Both the position numbers and the translations under genes were made by a program. From assembly GCA_003166335.1 (NCBI GenBank), contig PMWA01000104.1:6918-48381 (forward strand): DNA of 41,464 nt. The letters run 5' to 3'. The notes beneath the pieces were generated by a model. That model was not told where the DNA came from. It worked only from the letters and a program-made list of their open reading frames with translations, and searched no databases. The DNA is from Methanobacterium sp. (GTDB lineage: Archaea; Methanobacteriota; Methanobacteria; Methanobacteriales; Methanobacteriaceae). Shown piece by piece: positions 9,166 through 18,904 of this stretch. Within the stretch, counting starts at the first letter, position 1. Every line of letters begins with the position of its first letter.

Positions 9166-10761
9166 TCACCTCAATTCTGCTTGAATAGGTTCTTTAGGTT
9201 CTTTTGAACCGGATTTTCCTGAATCTCCATAACCTTTAAAATATCTTGACAAGTATTTTCCAGCGTATTTATCTAAATCTAATGAGGATATGAGAAGCAA
9301 TACGCTTAAAATGGCCGCAAATAGGAATATTCTTTCAAATCCCGTCATGAAACTTGCTGCTTGGCTCCCAGTTAAAGTAAGTTTACCGCTAAGCGCAGTT
9401 TGGGCTATGGCGGTAGCTACTATTAGCCCAGCGAAAGCATTACCAAAAACTGATCCTAAGTTTTTGGTGAGTGTCATCGTAGCGGAAACCTGGGTTTTGA
9501 AGGTTAGGGGAATAACTGAAAGTAACATTTTATTGTTGGGGGATTGGTAGAAACCATACCCGAATCCAAGAATAACAAAAGCTACTAGAACGTAATACCA
9601 GTCAACAGTAGTTCCGAACGTGTATATAAGAATTGTAGCCGCTATACAGGATACACCTGCGGTAATAGCTAGCGGTCGTACACCAATTCTGTCTGCAAGC
9701 CCACCTGCAAGGAGAGATACAATCATGGCAGAGAACCATACAACACTTATAAGTTCTCCTGATACATTAACCGGGACACCTATTACTTTCTGTAGATAAA
9801 AGGGCAGAATGAATAAGGCCATATATAATACGATGTAATTCAAGAGCAATCCGGTAATATATGCGGAGAAGGTGAGGCTCCGGAATACATTAAAACTGAA
9901 TAAAGGTTCATCATGCTTTGATTCCACCCATACAAACAAAGCTCCGAATATTAGGGCTAATACTATTAATGCAATGTCTTCAGGGCTGAAACCGAATTTT
10001 TGTGCTACTATTAACACATAAGTCAGTGTAAACAGGCCAGCTGCTTGTAATATGGCTCCTTTATAATCTAAGATTTTGGCAATTAACTTAGAGCTGCTTG
10101 CGCTAGGATCTTGTTTTTTATACTCTTCTCTTTTATTTATAAGTTCGAAGTCATTGTCAGCTTCTGGTTTTTGAGCTGTGAATAGGTATATTATCACACT
10201 AGCTAAACCGAAGGGTATGACAGCTAAGAAAATGGTTTGCCATCCAATATACGCTGCAATGTAACCACCAACCAGAGGGCCGACGGCATAGCCTCCAGCC
10301 AATGCTATTAGTAAGAATCCCAAAGCAAATCCAAGTCTTTCGTTGGGAAATGTCCTATCTAGAATAGCGTAATAAACTGATGCCATGAATCCTGCAGCAA
10401 GACCTTGAATACCCCTAAGTAAAATGAGTGTATTAGTTGATGTGGAGAAGTAAAGCAGCAACGAAGCGGTTACCCATAACAACGTTCCAATTATGAAAAA
10501 TTTTTTACGACTCCATAACCCGCCAATTCTACCTAGGAATAGTACAGAAATGGTGAGGGTTAACAGATAAATATTAGAGATCCAAGTTGCGGTAATTACA
10601 TCAGTATGGTAATATTCTGTTATGGTTGGTAAGACAATGTTACTCATACCAATATAGAAGTTGAACATAAAGTTTACTAAGCATATGGCGATTAAAATGA
10701 ACCATATCTGCGATGGACTTTTTAGAGTGATTAAAGGTTTAAATAAATTATTAACATTCAT
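9166..10761 (-). CDS. MFS transporter, DHA2/EmrB-like (~14 TM)
   Basis: LRGIQGL, VGPLVGGYI...GWQTIF, LDYKGA, FVWVESKHDEPL, GGLADRIGVR, YQSPNN. Confidence 0.9.
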   Translation of the reverse strand: MNVNNLFKPLITLKSPSQIWFILIAICLVNFMFNFYIGMSNIVLPTITEYYHTDVITATWISNIYLLTLTISVLFLGRIGGLWSRKKFFIIGTLLWVTASLLLYFSTSTNTLILLRGIQGLAAGFMASVYYAILDRTFPNERLGFALGFLLIALAGGYAVGPLVGGYIAAYIGWQTIFLAVIPFGLASVIIYLFTAQKPEADNDFELINKREEYKKQDPSASSSKLIAKILDYKGAILQAAGLFTLTYVLIVAQKFGFSPEDIALIVLALIFGALFVWVESKHDEPLFSFNVFRSLTFSAYITGLLLNYIVLYMALFILPFYLQKVIGVPVNVSGELISVVWFSAMIVSLLAGGLADRIGVRPLAITAGVSCIAATILIYTFGTTVDWYYVLVAFVILGFGYGFYQSPNNKMLLSVIPLTFKTQVSATMTLTKNLGSVFGNAFAGLIVATAIAQTALSGKLTLTGSQAASFMTGFERIFLFAAILSVLLLISSLDLDKYAGKYLSRYFKGYGDSGKSGSKEPKEPIQAELR

Positions 10762-11812
10762 ATTATCACATCCATATTATCATACCTTTCACTTTGTATT
10801 ACTTTTTACAAATCCTATTTTTTCTTAACAACCATTAATATGAAATAAATAGCAAATAAAATTTTCTTTAAGTGAACTTTAAATCACTTTTAGTGATATT
10901 AAATATTATATTATAGGAGAACATCATAAAAAAGTATTAAAAAAACCTAGATAGCTCGCAAATTTAACTTAATCATGAAACCCTGAAAGGCCCTTTTTCA
11001 CAGATTAAATATCTATATGGGAGTATATTTTTTTTTTAAACTAACTAAATTTCACAATCACCATTGCCGTGGACTTTCACACTATATTCCACCCCACATA
11101 TGGGTAGATTTCCGACAAAAAGTGATATAACACTTGAATTTAAATTAAAAATTTTAATCAAATATCTCGTGATTCTAAATGTTAGAAACCCAAAGTACAA
11201 AAACCGAATTAAATTTTATTATTTTATTAAATTTAATATTATAAATGCTCAATTTTGCTTTTATTAAAGTAAACATATGACATTCAGAAAAAACATAATA
11301 AATAATATAACAGTAATAAGTTATACCTTAAATTAGGAGATTTTAAAGCCTTAACATACGATTAATCCATTAATTCATTATAAATTTTTTGATAAGTCAA
11401 AGAAACTTAAAAGAAGGATTATTTAAATGAAAAAATTGAATTCAAAGGAATATTTAATAATCACAGAATACATGCTAATATTTTTTGGCATAATTATAAT
11501 ATTAGTGTTAATTTCAACTATTCAAATCTAATCTGGAATAAAGTTGAAAATAAGAAGGATTTTTTAATTTGTAATTCTTAAAACTGAAGTATTCACTAAA
11601 TGTTTCAAACAATTAGTCAACCTATAAAAAATGTTTAAAAAAAAAGAAAAAACTTAAAAAATATTTTTTGTAGGTTCCGCTAGTAATTAACCATTGTAGT
11701 TTTAGAACTCTATCGGGCATTAACTTTGGTAAAATGTTTCGACGTTATGCAGTGTTTTTTGGCTTTTAATGTTATTTTATGACGATATTCCTTTATACTC
11801 ATATCATTTCTA

Positions 11813-12460
11813 TTATTTTGAAAATAAAGAATAAAGTTTTAACCCTGTCACCTCAATCCAGATCATCCACACTGCTATGAACAACCGTTCAATTGCACCA
11901 TGATATGGAGCAAATTGCGTATACGAAAATACAACAAGCACGATTATTGTTAATATTCCGCTTAGCAGTGAGTATATCCGATAAAGTCCCCATATTACAT
12001 TGTCATTTCCTCTTAACGCCTGCCAAGTCAGTAGTTGAGCTGCGATTATTGTTAAGAAAGCGATGACACTTGCCAGAGAGTGGGCATCCAATACATAAGC
12101 TTCTGCGAACACTCCAGTGAATAACAAGGACACTCCTGCAAACATCATTCCTAATCCAAATATAATTAGCAGCCATTTTGCTGCCTTTCCTGCGCGACTA
12201 GCTGGTAACTTGGCGCCAAGACCTATAGAAAAACCGATTGATAAAAGACCGAATATGATAAAATTTATAATTTGAATTATTGCGTAGGGACCACTGATAC
12301 CGAGATCGCTGACGTTATTGTAGATCTGGCTGTATCCGGGTCGCAAAAGACTCTCTATAATTACCAGAAGCGTGAAGAGAATCGGCGCAACTATACCACA
12401 AAGAGCGAAGATTCGCTGCTTGCTTTGCGTGTTAGTAGACATATCCTGATTATTAGCCAT
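11813..12460 (-). CDS. DUF998-family membrane protein
   Basis: RPGYS...VSDLG, conserved His (AHSLAS), G.IERL; ~5 TM; AGGTGG SD. Confidence 0.82.
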   Translation of the reverse strand: MANNQDMSTNTQSKQRIFALCGIVAPILFTLLVIIESLLRPGYSQIYNNVSDLGISGPYAIIQIINFIIFGLLSIGFSIGLGAKLPASRAGKAAKWLLIIFGLGMMFAGVSLLFTGVFAEAYVLDAHSLASVIAFLTIIAAQLLTWQALRGNDNVIWGLYRIYSLLSGILTIIVLVVFSYTQFAPYHGAIERLFIAVWMIWIEVTGLKLYSLFSK

Positions 12461-12634
12461 TTAAAACCACCTTTTTAATTATTGTCTTTATTCTTAGGGT
12501 TTCAGAACAAATAATTTTTTTCAACAATTGGATATATTTAATTTAAAGCTAAATATTTCCTTAATATTTAATAAGCCACTAAACTCCAAATAAACTCATT
12601 TTAAAGTATTTATTTGATACAACTCTCCAATTAA

Positions 12635-12655
12635 TAAGTGAACTTTGTTCACTTA
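12635..12655. promoter_or_regulatory. perfect inverted repeat TAAGTGAAC-N3-GTTCACTTA, probable TetR operator
   Basis: 9-bp perfect arms (13 bp with one mismatch) between the divergent DUF998 and TetR genes. Confidence 0.7.
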
Positions 12656-12899
12656 ATAAGTGTGAAATTAATCATTAATAAAGTTTTCTAGTACTCTTTA
12701 CTCAATAAAAGTATGATGATAAGTACTCTTTAAGTACAAAAATAATCCTATGAAACTTTTTAGATATCTGAATTTTTAACAAGATTTAAAATATTCGGAT
12801 CCACAATTTCTGTATATCAATTAAACAGTAAAAACAAAGCAGAAAAAGATACAAAATATAGTTCTATAAATCTCAATCGTATCCAAGTTTTTATTCAAA

Positions 12900-13544
12900 A
12901 TGAATAAGAAATTTATTAAAAGTAGAATTTGGTTTAGAAAAATGACTCTTAAAAAATATGAACGAGACAAAGAAACGAAAATACATCGTATAATTCATTC
13001 AACTAAAATTCTTGTCGAAAATAAAGGATACAGCCTGGTATCAATTCGTGATATAGCAAAAGAAGCTGATGTGAGCATTGGATTAATCTACAAGTATTTT
13101 CCAAAAGGCAAATTTGATATAATCAAGCAACTTAGCTCTCAATACATAGAAAAAGAGTTCATGATGAAACAGCCCGATAAAATTGACTTTACAGATTTTC
13201 CAAGTTACATGAGAGAAGTCATAAAAAAAATGCTTGAATCACATAAAAAAAATGCCAAACTAATAAATGCAGTTACAGTCGCGGCATTGATGGAAGATAA
13301 TATACTTGAAGACATCAAAATGGTCAAAGAAGAAGATTATACTATTATTTCAGAATTTTTCAGCAGATTCACTGGAGTGAATATTTCATCTAAAGACTAC
13401 GAAAAAGTACTTAAGGAATGGTCTCTGTCCATAAAAAGCCTTATATTTTATAGTAATATATTTGTTTCAATTTTTAATAATGATGAATCGCTTTTAGACA
13501 TGTTAGTTGACATTTCATTGAAGATATGGGAATATAAACCATGA
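12900..13544 (+). CDS. TetR/AcrR family transcriptional regulator
   Basis: HTH KGYSLVSIRDIAKEADVSIGLIYKYFPKGK; start may be ATG 12942. Confidence 0.92.
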   Translation: MNKKFIKSRIWFRKMTLKKYERDKETKIHRIIHSTKILVENKGYSLVSIRDIAKEADVSIGLIYKYFPKGKFDIIKQLSSQYIEKEFMMKQPDKIDFTDFPSYMREVIKKMLESHKKNAKLINAVTVAALMEDNILEDIKMVKEEDYTIISEFFSRFTGVNISSKDYEKVLKEWSLSIKSLIFYSNIFVSIFNNDESLLDMLVDISLKIWEYKP

Positions 13545-13667
13545 TCCTCATTATAATTCATAGATTACAAGACTTACAAACTGTATTCCAGCAGCAAAAT
13601 CTCCGTTTAATTAAAGCGTTTTTTTTAGTGAAGGGTTTTTAGAGTTATTTTAAAATAGTAGAAAGCT

Positions 13668-13958
13668 TTATTTCGGTTTCCATTCACGAATCAGGGGAGG
13701 AATATCACTTTTTTTATCATATGATTCCAAAATAAGATGTTGAACAGAACCAGTACAAGTTTCAAGAAGTTTAATGGAGTTTTTATCGTATTCCATCCTT
13801 GTAATAGCTTCTAAAACTAATGATTCTGCTTTAACTTTCTCTTCAGCAGTGAGAAAACCCGTTTTATTGGCATGATCTGTAACATCCTCGACAAAATCAT
13901 TACATTCCTTTTGAAGTACTTTATGACTCATATTCTTAAGTACATCTTCATATGTCAA
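13668..13958 (-). CDS. hypothetical protein
   Basis: 96-aa frame, TTG start behind GGAGATGG SD-like site. Confidence 0.65.
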   Translation of the reverse strand: MTYEDVLKNMSHKVLQKECNDFVEDVTDHANKTGFLTAEEKVKAESLVLEAITRMEYDKNSIKLLETCTGSVQHLILESYDKKSDIPPLIREWKPK

Positions 13959-13989
13959 ATTACCATCTCCATCTTTATACTATCTTTAA

Positions 13990-14322
13990 TCATGATTTAA
14001 AAATGTCAATATCTAAAAAACCGGGAGGACCACATCGATGGAAACTGGCATAATTTTCTGTTATTTTAACGTTATCGCTCAAATCTTCTTCCGTTAAAAA
14101 TTTCACATAAACCAGATACACCTTATATTCTATATCAATGTAATCACTCGTACCACGATATTTTTTTAACTTATCAGCATTATTCAGAAGATCAATCTTT
14201 CGACCAGGAGTAAGTTCACCGTAATCATAAGCATAATTGAAATTATCACGTATAGAAATCCAAAGCCGCTCTTCAACTTCACGCAAAATTTCTTCATCGA
14301 CTACCACTTTAACACCATCCAA
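13990..14322 (-). CDS. hypothetical protein
   Basis: 110-aa frame, 31 nt upstream of the 96-aa gene; start may be GTG 14307. Confidence 0.6.
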   Translation of the reverse strand: MDGVKVVVDEEILREVEERLWISIRDNFNYAYDYGELTPGRKIDLLNNADKLKKYRGTSDYIDIEYKVYLVYVKFLTEEDLSDNVKITENYASFHRCGPPGFLDIDIFKS

Positions 14323-14859
14323 TTTTATTATAAACTGCTAAATTTTAATTCTATATTATACGGGTTCTTATTCATTATTCACACAAACAGGAATCCAAGT
14401 AGAAAGAATATAAAATTAAATTATCCTTTCTTAAAAGCATTATAATATTTACGATCTGTATTTACATAAGGTTATTTACTAAAAAAATGAAGTGCAAAGT
14501 ACCCATAACAATAATCAATATTTAATTTATGTAACATTACAGAAATTTATTGCTCTCTATTTAGTATCAAACTTCACATTTAAAAAATCTAGAGAATCCA
14601 TTTAAATCATCTATAAAAAATCAAATAGCTTTTTCTTCAAAATCTTTTAGAACTATATTAGGTAAAGGTGGGCAACTTTAATTTGGATTCCTGAGTTTCA
14701 GTTATCATATTCTAGAAAAATAAGAGAAATTAAAGGGTAATAATCCAATTAAATGCTGTTTTAATAACTTCTTCAAATAAGAGTATAATTAATTAGTGAA
14801 AATATACATAATATTAAAACTAAATATTTTATTTTTAAATAGAACAGAGGTCATAGTTG

Positions 14860-15608
14860 ATGAAAGTAAATGGTAATACAGTTTTAATTACAGGTGGTAC
14901 AACTGGTATAGGGTTAGCACTAGCTGAATCTTTTTTGAAACTAGGAAACGAAGCTGTAATTTGTGGACGTAGAGAAAAAGATTACTTAAGCACAAAAGAA
15001 TCATTCTAACTTATATATAAAAGATTGTGATGTTTCAAATGAAGAGGGTCGAAAATCCCGTTTTAAGTGGGTTACAGAAAATTTCAAGAATCTAAATATT
15101 CTTATAAACAACGCATGCATTCAAAGAGCAATGATTTTACAGAGGGAATAAAAGGTTTAGAAGGTGAAAATGAGATAAAAATAAATTTTGAGGCCCTTGT
15201 TTATTTATCTGCACTGTTTATCCCAATTTTAGAATCGAAAGAAGAATCTGCGATAATTAATATTTCCTCTGGTCTGGCCATAACACCGCTTGCATTATTC
15301 CCTATTTACTGTGCCACTAAAGCCGGTGTACATACTTTTACTCAGTGTCTTAAGTATCAATTGTCTAAAACCGGCATAAAGGTTTTTGAAGTTTTACCTC
15401 CCATAGTCGACACAGAATTAAATATGGAGTATAAAGAGAAAAGAGGAACTGGAAATAGAGGTATTAAAGCTGATAAATGTGCTGATGCTGTCATTAAAGG
15501 TTTAGCTAATGATGATTTTGAAAATATTAAGCCCTGCTTAGAAAATTTAAAACAGCTACCCGAGCAGATTTAAATAAGTTATTTGAGTCGATGAACGGTC
15601 AATGGTAG
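14860..15608 (+). pseudogene. short-chain dehydrogenase/reductase (DltE-like) pseudogene
   Basis: [27 protein letters not shown], then CDVS..LNILINNA in another frame, then NISSGLA..YCATK..VFEVLPPIVDT; frameshifts at ~14980, ~15130 and ~15550. Confidence 0.88.
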
Positions 15609-15661
15609 AATTGAATCAAAAAAAATTAACTTATCATTAAATACAAAAATGGAGGGATTAT

Positions 15662-16523
15662 TTTTTTAAGATTTTAGTCACTTCAGCATATGGTAATAAT
15701 GGTAGATGACTAATACCCAGATTAGCAGCCAAAGGAATAGAGGTTCGTGCATTAAATTTATATGATAAAACAGAAGAACTCAAAGAACTGGGCGCTAAAG
15801 AGGTGGTTGTGGGAAATGCTCTTGATCCAGTAACTTTGGATAAAGCCATGGTGGGAGTCGAATCAGTTTTCCATGTTGGTCCATCATTTCATCCTCAAGA
15901 AGCTAAAATGGGTATTGTAGTCATTAATGCTGCCTCTGCCGCAGAAATCGAGCATTTGTCTATGAGTCGGTTCTACATCCGCAAATTAGTGCTTTATTGC
16001 AACATAGAATGAAACTTATTGTTGAATAACATTTAATCAACTCTGATCTGAATTATACTATTCTGCAACCAATGCATTACATGCAAAATATAAATATTTC
16101 AAATGTCTATCAGGAAGGTTTATTTATTCAACCATCTTCACTGGAAACACGCTTATCATTTGCGGATATGGATGATAAAATAGAGGTGGCGGCTAAAGTA
16201 CTTACTGAAGATGGTCATTATGGAGCTACATATGAACTTTGCTGTGCAGATTATTTAAACGCCATCGAAATAGCAGAAATCATGACTAAAGTATTTGGAA
16301 AAAAAATTAAACCTATACTGTACCTAAAAAATTAATTATATCAATATTTCAAAAAGCATTTCCAGATTATGGAGACTATCCTGCCCAGGGATTTAAAGCA
16401 TTATTTGATTATTATAGTAAATATGGATTTTTCGGCAATTCTAATGTTCTCAAATGGATTTTAAATAGAAAACCCACCACAGTAGAAGAGTACATCACGA
16501 AAAAATTCGTTAAAATCCCCTAA
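15662..16523 (+). pseudogene. NmrA-like NAD(P)-binding protein pseudogene
   Basis: KILVTSAYGNNGR*LI..EVRAL..VFHVGP/FVYESVLHP..VE*HLINSDLNYTILQPMHYMQN..GATYEL..GNSNVLKWILNRKPTT; stops at 15707 and 16027, frameshifts at ~15955 and ~16320. Confidence 0.88.
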
Positions 16524-16710
16524 TTAGATAAAAATTTTTTATTTTTAGGTTATTTTTTATTTGTTAACATTCCTTTAATCGTGATATTAAACATTAACCT
16601 AAAAAAAAGAATCTTATTTTTCAATACTTAAAAAAATTCAACAAACCCTTAAACTAACAATTCTACCCTAAAAAAGATGAGTATCAATAAAAAAAAAGAA
16701 AAGATCATAT

Positions 16711-16806
16711 TTATGTGAATATTGGAATAAGAATTGCCAAAGCAATCATGTATATAGTTATAAAGGGTATAGCGATTAGTAAATTTTTCTTATTTGTTCT
16801 TTCCAT
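16711..16806 (-). CDS. 31-aa single-TM small protein (not in ORF track)
   Basis: MERTNKKNLLIAIPFITIYMIALAILIPIFT*; GAGGTGAT SD 5 nt before ATG; TATA-like AATATATAAAG at ~16863-16873. Confidence 0.65.
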   Translation of the reverse strand: MERTNKKNLLIAIPFITIYMIALAILIPIFT

Positions 16807-16960
16807 TTTTTATCACCTCAAAACTAAGTATATTATAGTATGCACAATATTGGACATAACATCTTTATATATTATTTTCTTTTTTTCATTAAATTTAATA
16901 TTTTTCATTAAAAATTTTTGTAAGTTGTATATAATTGTAAATAAATTAAATGAAAAAAGT

Positions 16961-18103
16961 TCAGCTTAACTTTTCGTATATCCAGTCCATTATTGTTTCA
17001 AAAGTGTCCCTGGTGAACCCCATATGTCCCGCGTCATAGAACCTAGCGCACTTGGGACTGCCATGTTCGAAAAGCAAGTAATAATCTTTGATGGGGAATA
17101 CAGAATCATGTATTCCGTTAACAAGTAATAAGGGTGCACTTGGCTTATCTAAGATGCCTTGTTTTATAAGGGAGAGCTTAGGTGCATATTCAACCCACTC
17201 TTTATAGGTTGACAAACCGAATGCAAAAGTGATGGTTTCAAAAAATTCGAAAGGATACTCTCCTCGCTCCTGCTTATGAATCCAGTCAAGTTCAAATGCA
17301 TAGTGGACGGGTCCGCCTTGACTTACCGCGCAAGCTATCTTATCTTTATAAATATGGGCAACCTTAACCGCCCAATAACCCCCGGTACTGTAACCCCAAA
17401 TTCCTACCCTCTGGGAGTCAAAGCTTTTTTGCTTCCCGACCCAATCGAAAACGGCTCCAAACAATCTTTCTGCATCCTCTGAACCTTTGATTGGTGAATC
17501 ACCAACCCCTGGTCCGTCAATTGCCAGAGTTGCTAATCCATGCTCTAAAGCAGAATCATTTAACTGTTCTTCTTTAAAACCGTCGATTCCACCCCAAGTT
17601 AGGAGCAAGGGAAAAGGGACAGAACCTGCTTTAGGCACTCGTAGATAAGCAATAATCTTACTCCCATCTTCTTCTCTTCCTTCGAAGGGTATTTCCACTC
17701 GTTCTAGGGAAATGTCAAAATACTGCGAAGCCTTAAAAAGCATTTCCTGAGACTTTCTGTAGGCAACCTTTTTTCCTTTTGAATTAATTGTAGGGTACCG
17801 AGCAAGTCTGTAATATTGATAAGCTCGCAGATAATTTTCTTTAGCTATTTGTGCATCGTCGGATTTCTCCGCTTGTATTGCTTTTTCTTCATATGGCTTG
17901 GCGATAGAGCTGAAAGCCGCTGCCCACTTGTCCCGATCATAGGAAGTGAGACTTGTCATCACCTTTTCTACATCGTCGTACAAGGCATAAGTAAATGGAT
18001 AAACTCCCATTTTTACTCGAGGCTTCCACATTTGCCATAATTCATTTATTGGACGTACATATCTAGTTAATTTTTCTTTGTTTAACTTTTCATCACGATT
18101 CAA
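16961..18103 (-). CDS. alpha/beta hydrolase, FrsA / 2,6-dihydropseudooxynicotine-hydrolase-like (N-terminus possibly frameshifted)
   Basis: GGIDGFKEE, IDGPGVG, nucleophile elbow GYSTGG, NGIHD, GHMG. Confidence 0.85.
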   Translation of the reverse strand: MNRDEKLNKEKLTRYVRPINELWQMWKPRVKMGVYPFTYALYDDVEKVMTSLTSYDRDKWAAAFSSIAKPYEEKAIQAEKSDDAQIAKENYLRAYQYYRLARYPTINSKGKKVAYRKSQEMLFKASQYFDISLERVEIPFEGREEDGSKIIAYLRVPKAGSVPFPLLLTWGGIDGFKEEQLNDSALEHGLATLAIDGPGVGDSPIKGSEDAERLFGAVFDWVGKQKSFDSQRVGIWGYSTGGYWAVKVAHIYKDKIACAVSQGGPVHYAFELDWIHKQERGEYPFEFFETITFAFGLSTYKEWVEYAPKLSLIKQGILDKPSAPLLLVNGIHDSVFPIKDYYLLFEHGSPKCARFYDAGHMGFTRDTFETIMDWIYEKLS

Positions 18104-18506
18104 GGAAGGTGGGGGACATATTCAGAATCAACTCCTCTCTGTTTTTACCTAATTTAGTTCTAGCTTTATAAGGTTAATAAATAGTAAATTATTAGTCGAA
18201 ATGCTTAGGATCTCTTCCTTAGTATGATATTCGAGTCACTTTAAGTATTGATATTTCATTTGTGAACCTTTCTTTCTTATAACTATTTATGAAATTTATG
18301 ATCCTTATATTTTCCTGTGAATCGGTTTTTGTCATCTCGTTATGTTTTAGATTCCTTTTCTCTTTGTGACTTCGTTAAACTCTCAGATGAAGAAAAACAC
18401 GATTTAATTTAAAAAAAAACAATTACCATTTTTTCAGTGGTAGGTAAAAAAGGTGTGAATATACAGATAAAAAATTAATCAAAAATAATTATTAAAAAAA
18501 AATAAA

Positions 18507-18806
18507 TTAATTAAGCTCCACATATCTGAAAGCAATCCAGTTTTTCCACATTTTTGTATTATTAGTAAAGTTTACTTTCTTGAAATAATTTAAGAAGGAT
18601 AAGTAACCTCCAAAAAAACGAGGATTAAAATTATATTTAAGAATTTTATCATTTATTTTATCAATAAAATAAGGAAGTTGTTCCTTTAGTTCAGTTGTGA
18701 GTTCATTATTCTTAAGGACGGAACTCCAACAATTATCTATAAAATTATCTATTCTTTTTGTAAAATCATCAAGATTTTCATCATCAAATATCTCATCAAA
18801 TTCCAT
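18507..18806 (-). CDS. hypothetical protein (possibly truncated)
   Basis: 99-aa frame with AGGAGA SD before ATG. Confidence 0.55.
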   Translation of the reverse strand: MEFDEIFDDENLDDFTKRIDNFIDNCWSSVLKNNELTTELKEQLPYFIDKINDKILKYNFNPRFFGGYLSFLNYFKKVNFTNNTKMWKNWIAFRYVELN

Positions 18807-18904
18807 TCTTTAAACATCTCCTAAAATGTAATAAAAATACCATAGTTATTAACTAATCTCATTTTTATTATAAAATATTATCAAGAAGTATAAAGGGAAG
18901 TATT

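Noticed and set aside
11050..11075. GGCAATGGTG resembling the start of a fluoride riboswitch
   Set aside because: The downstream conserved pseudoknot elements are absent.
11064..11267. 67-aa plus-strand ORF
   Set aside because: No SD, and its composition matches AT-rich intergenic DNA.
16715..16969. 84-aa plus-strand ORF
   Set aside because: Low-complexity AT-rich translation with no SD; the opposite-strand 31-aa ORF has far better signals.
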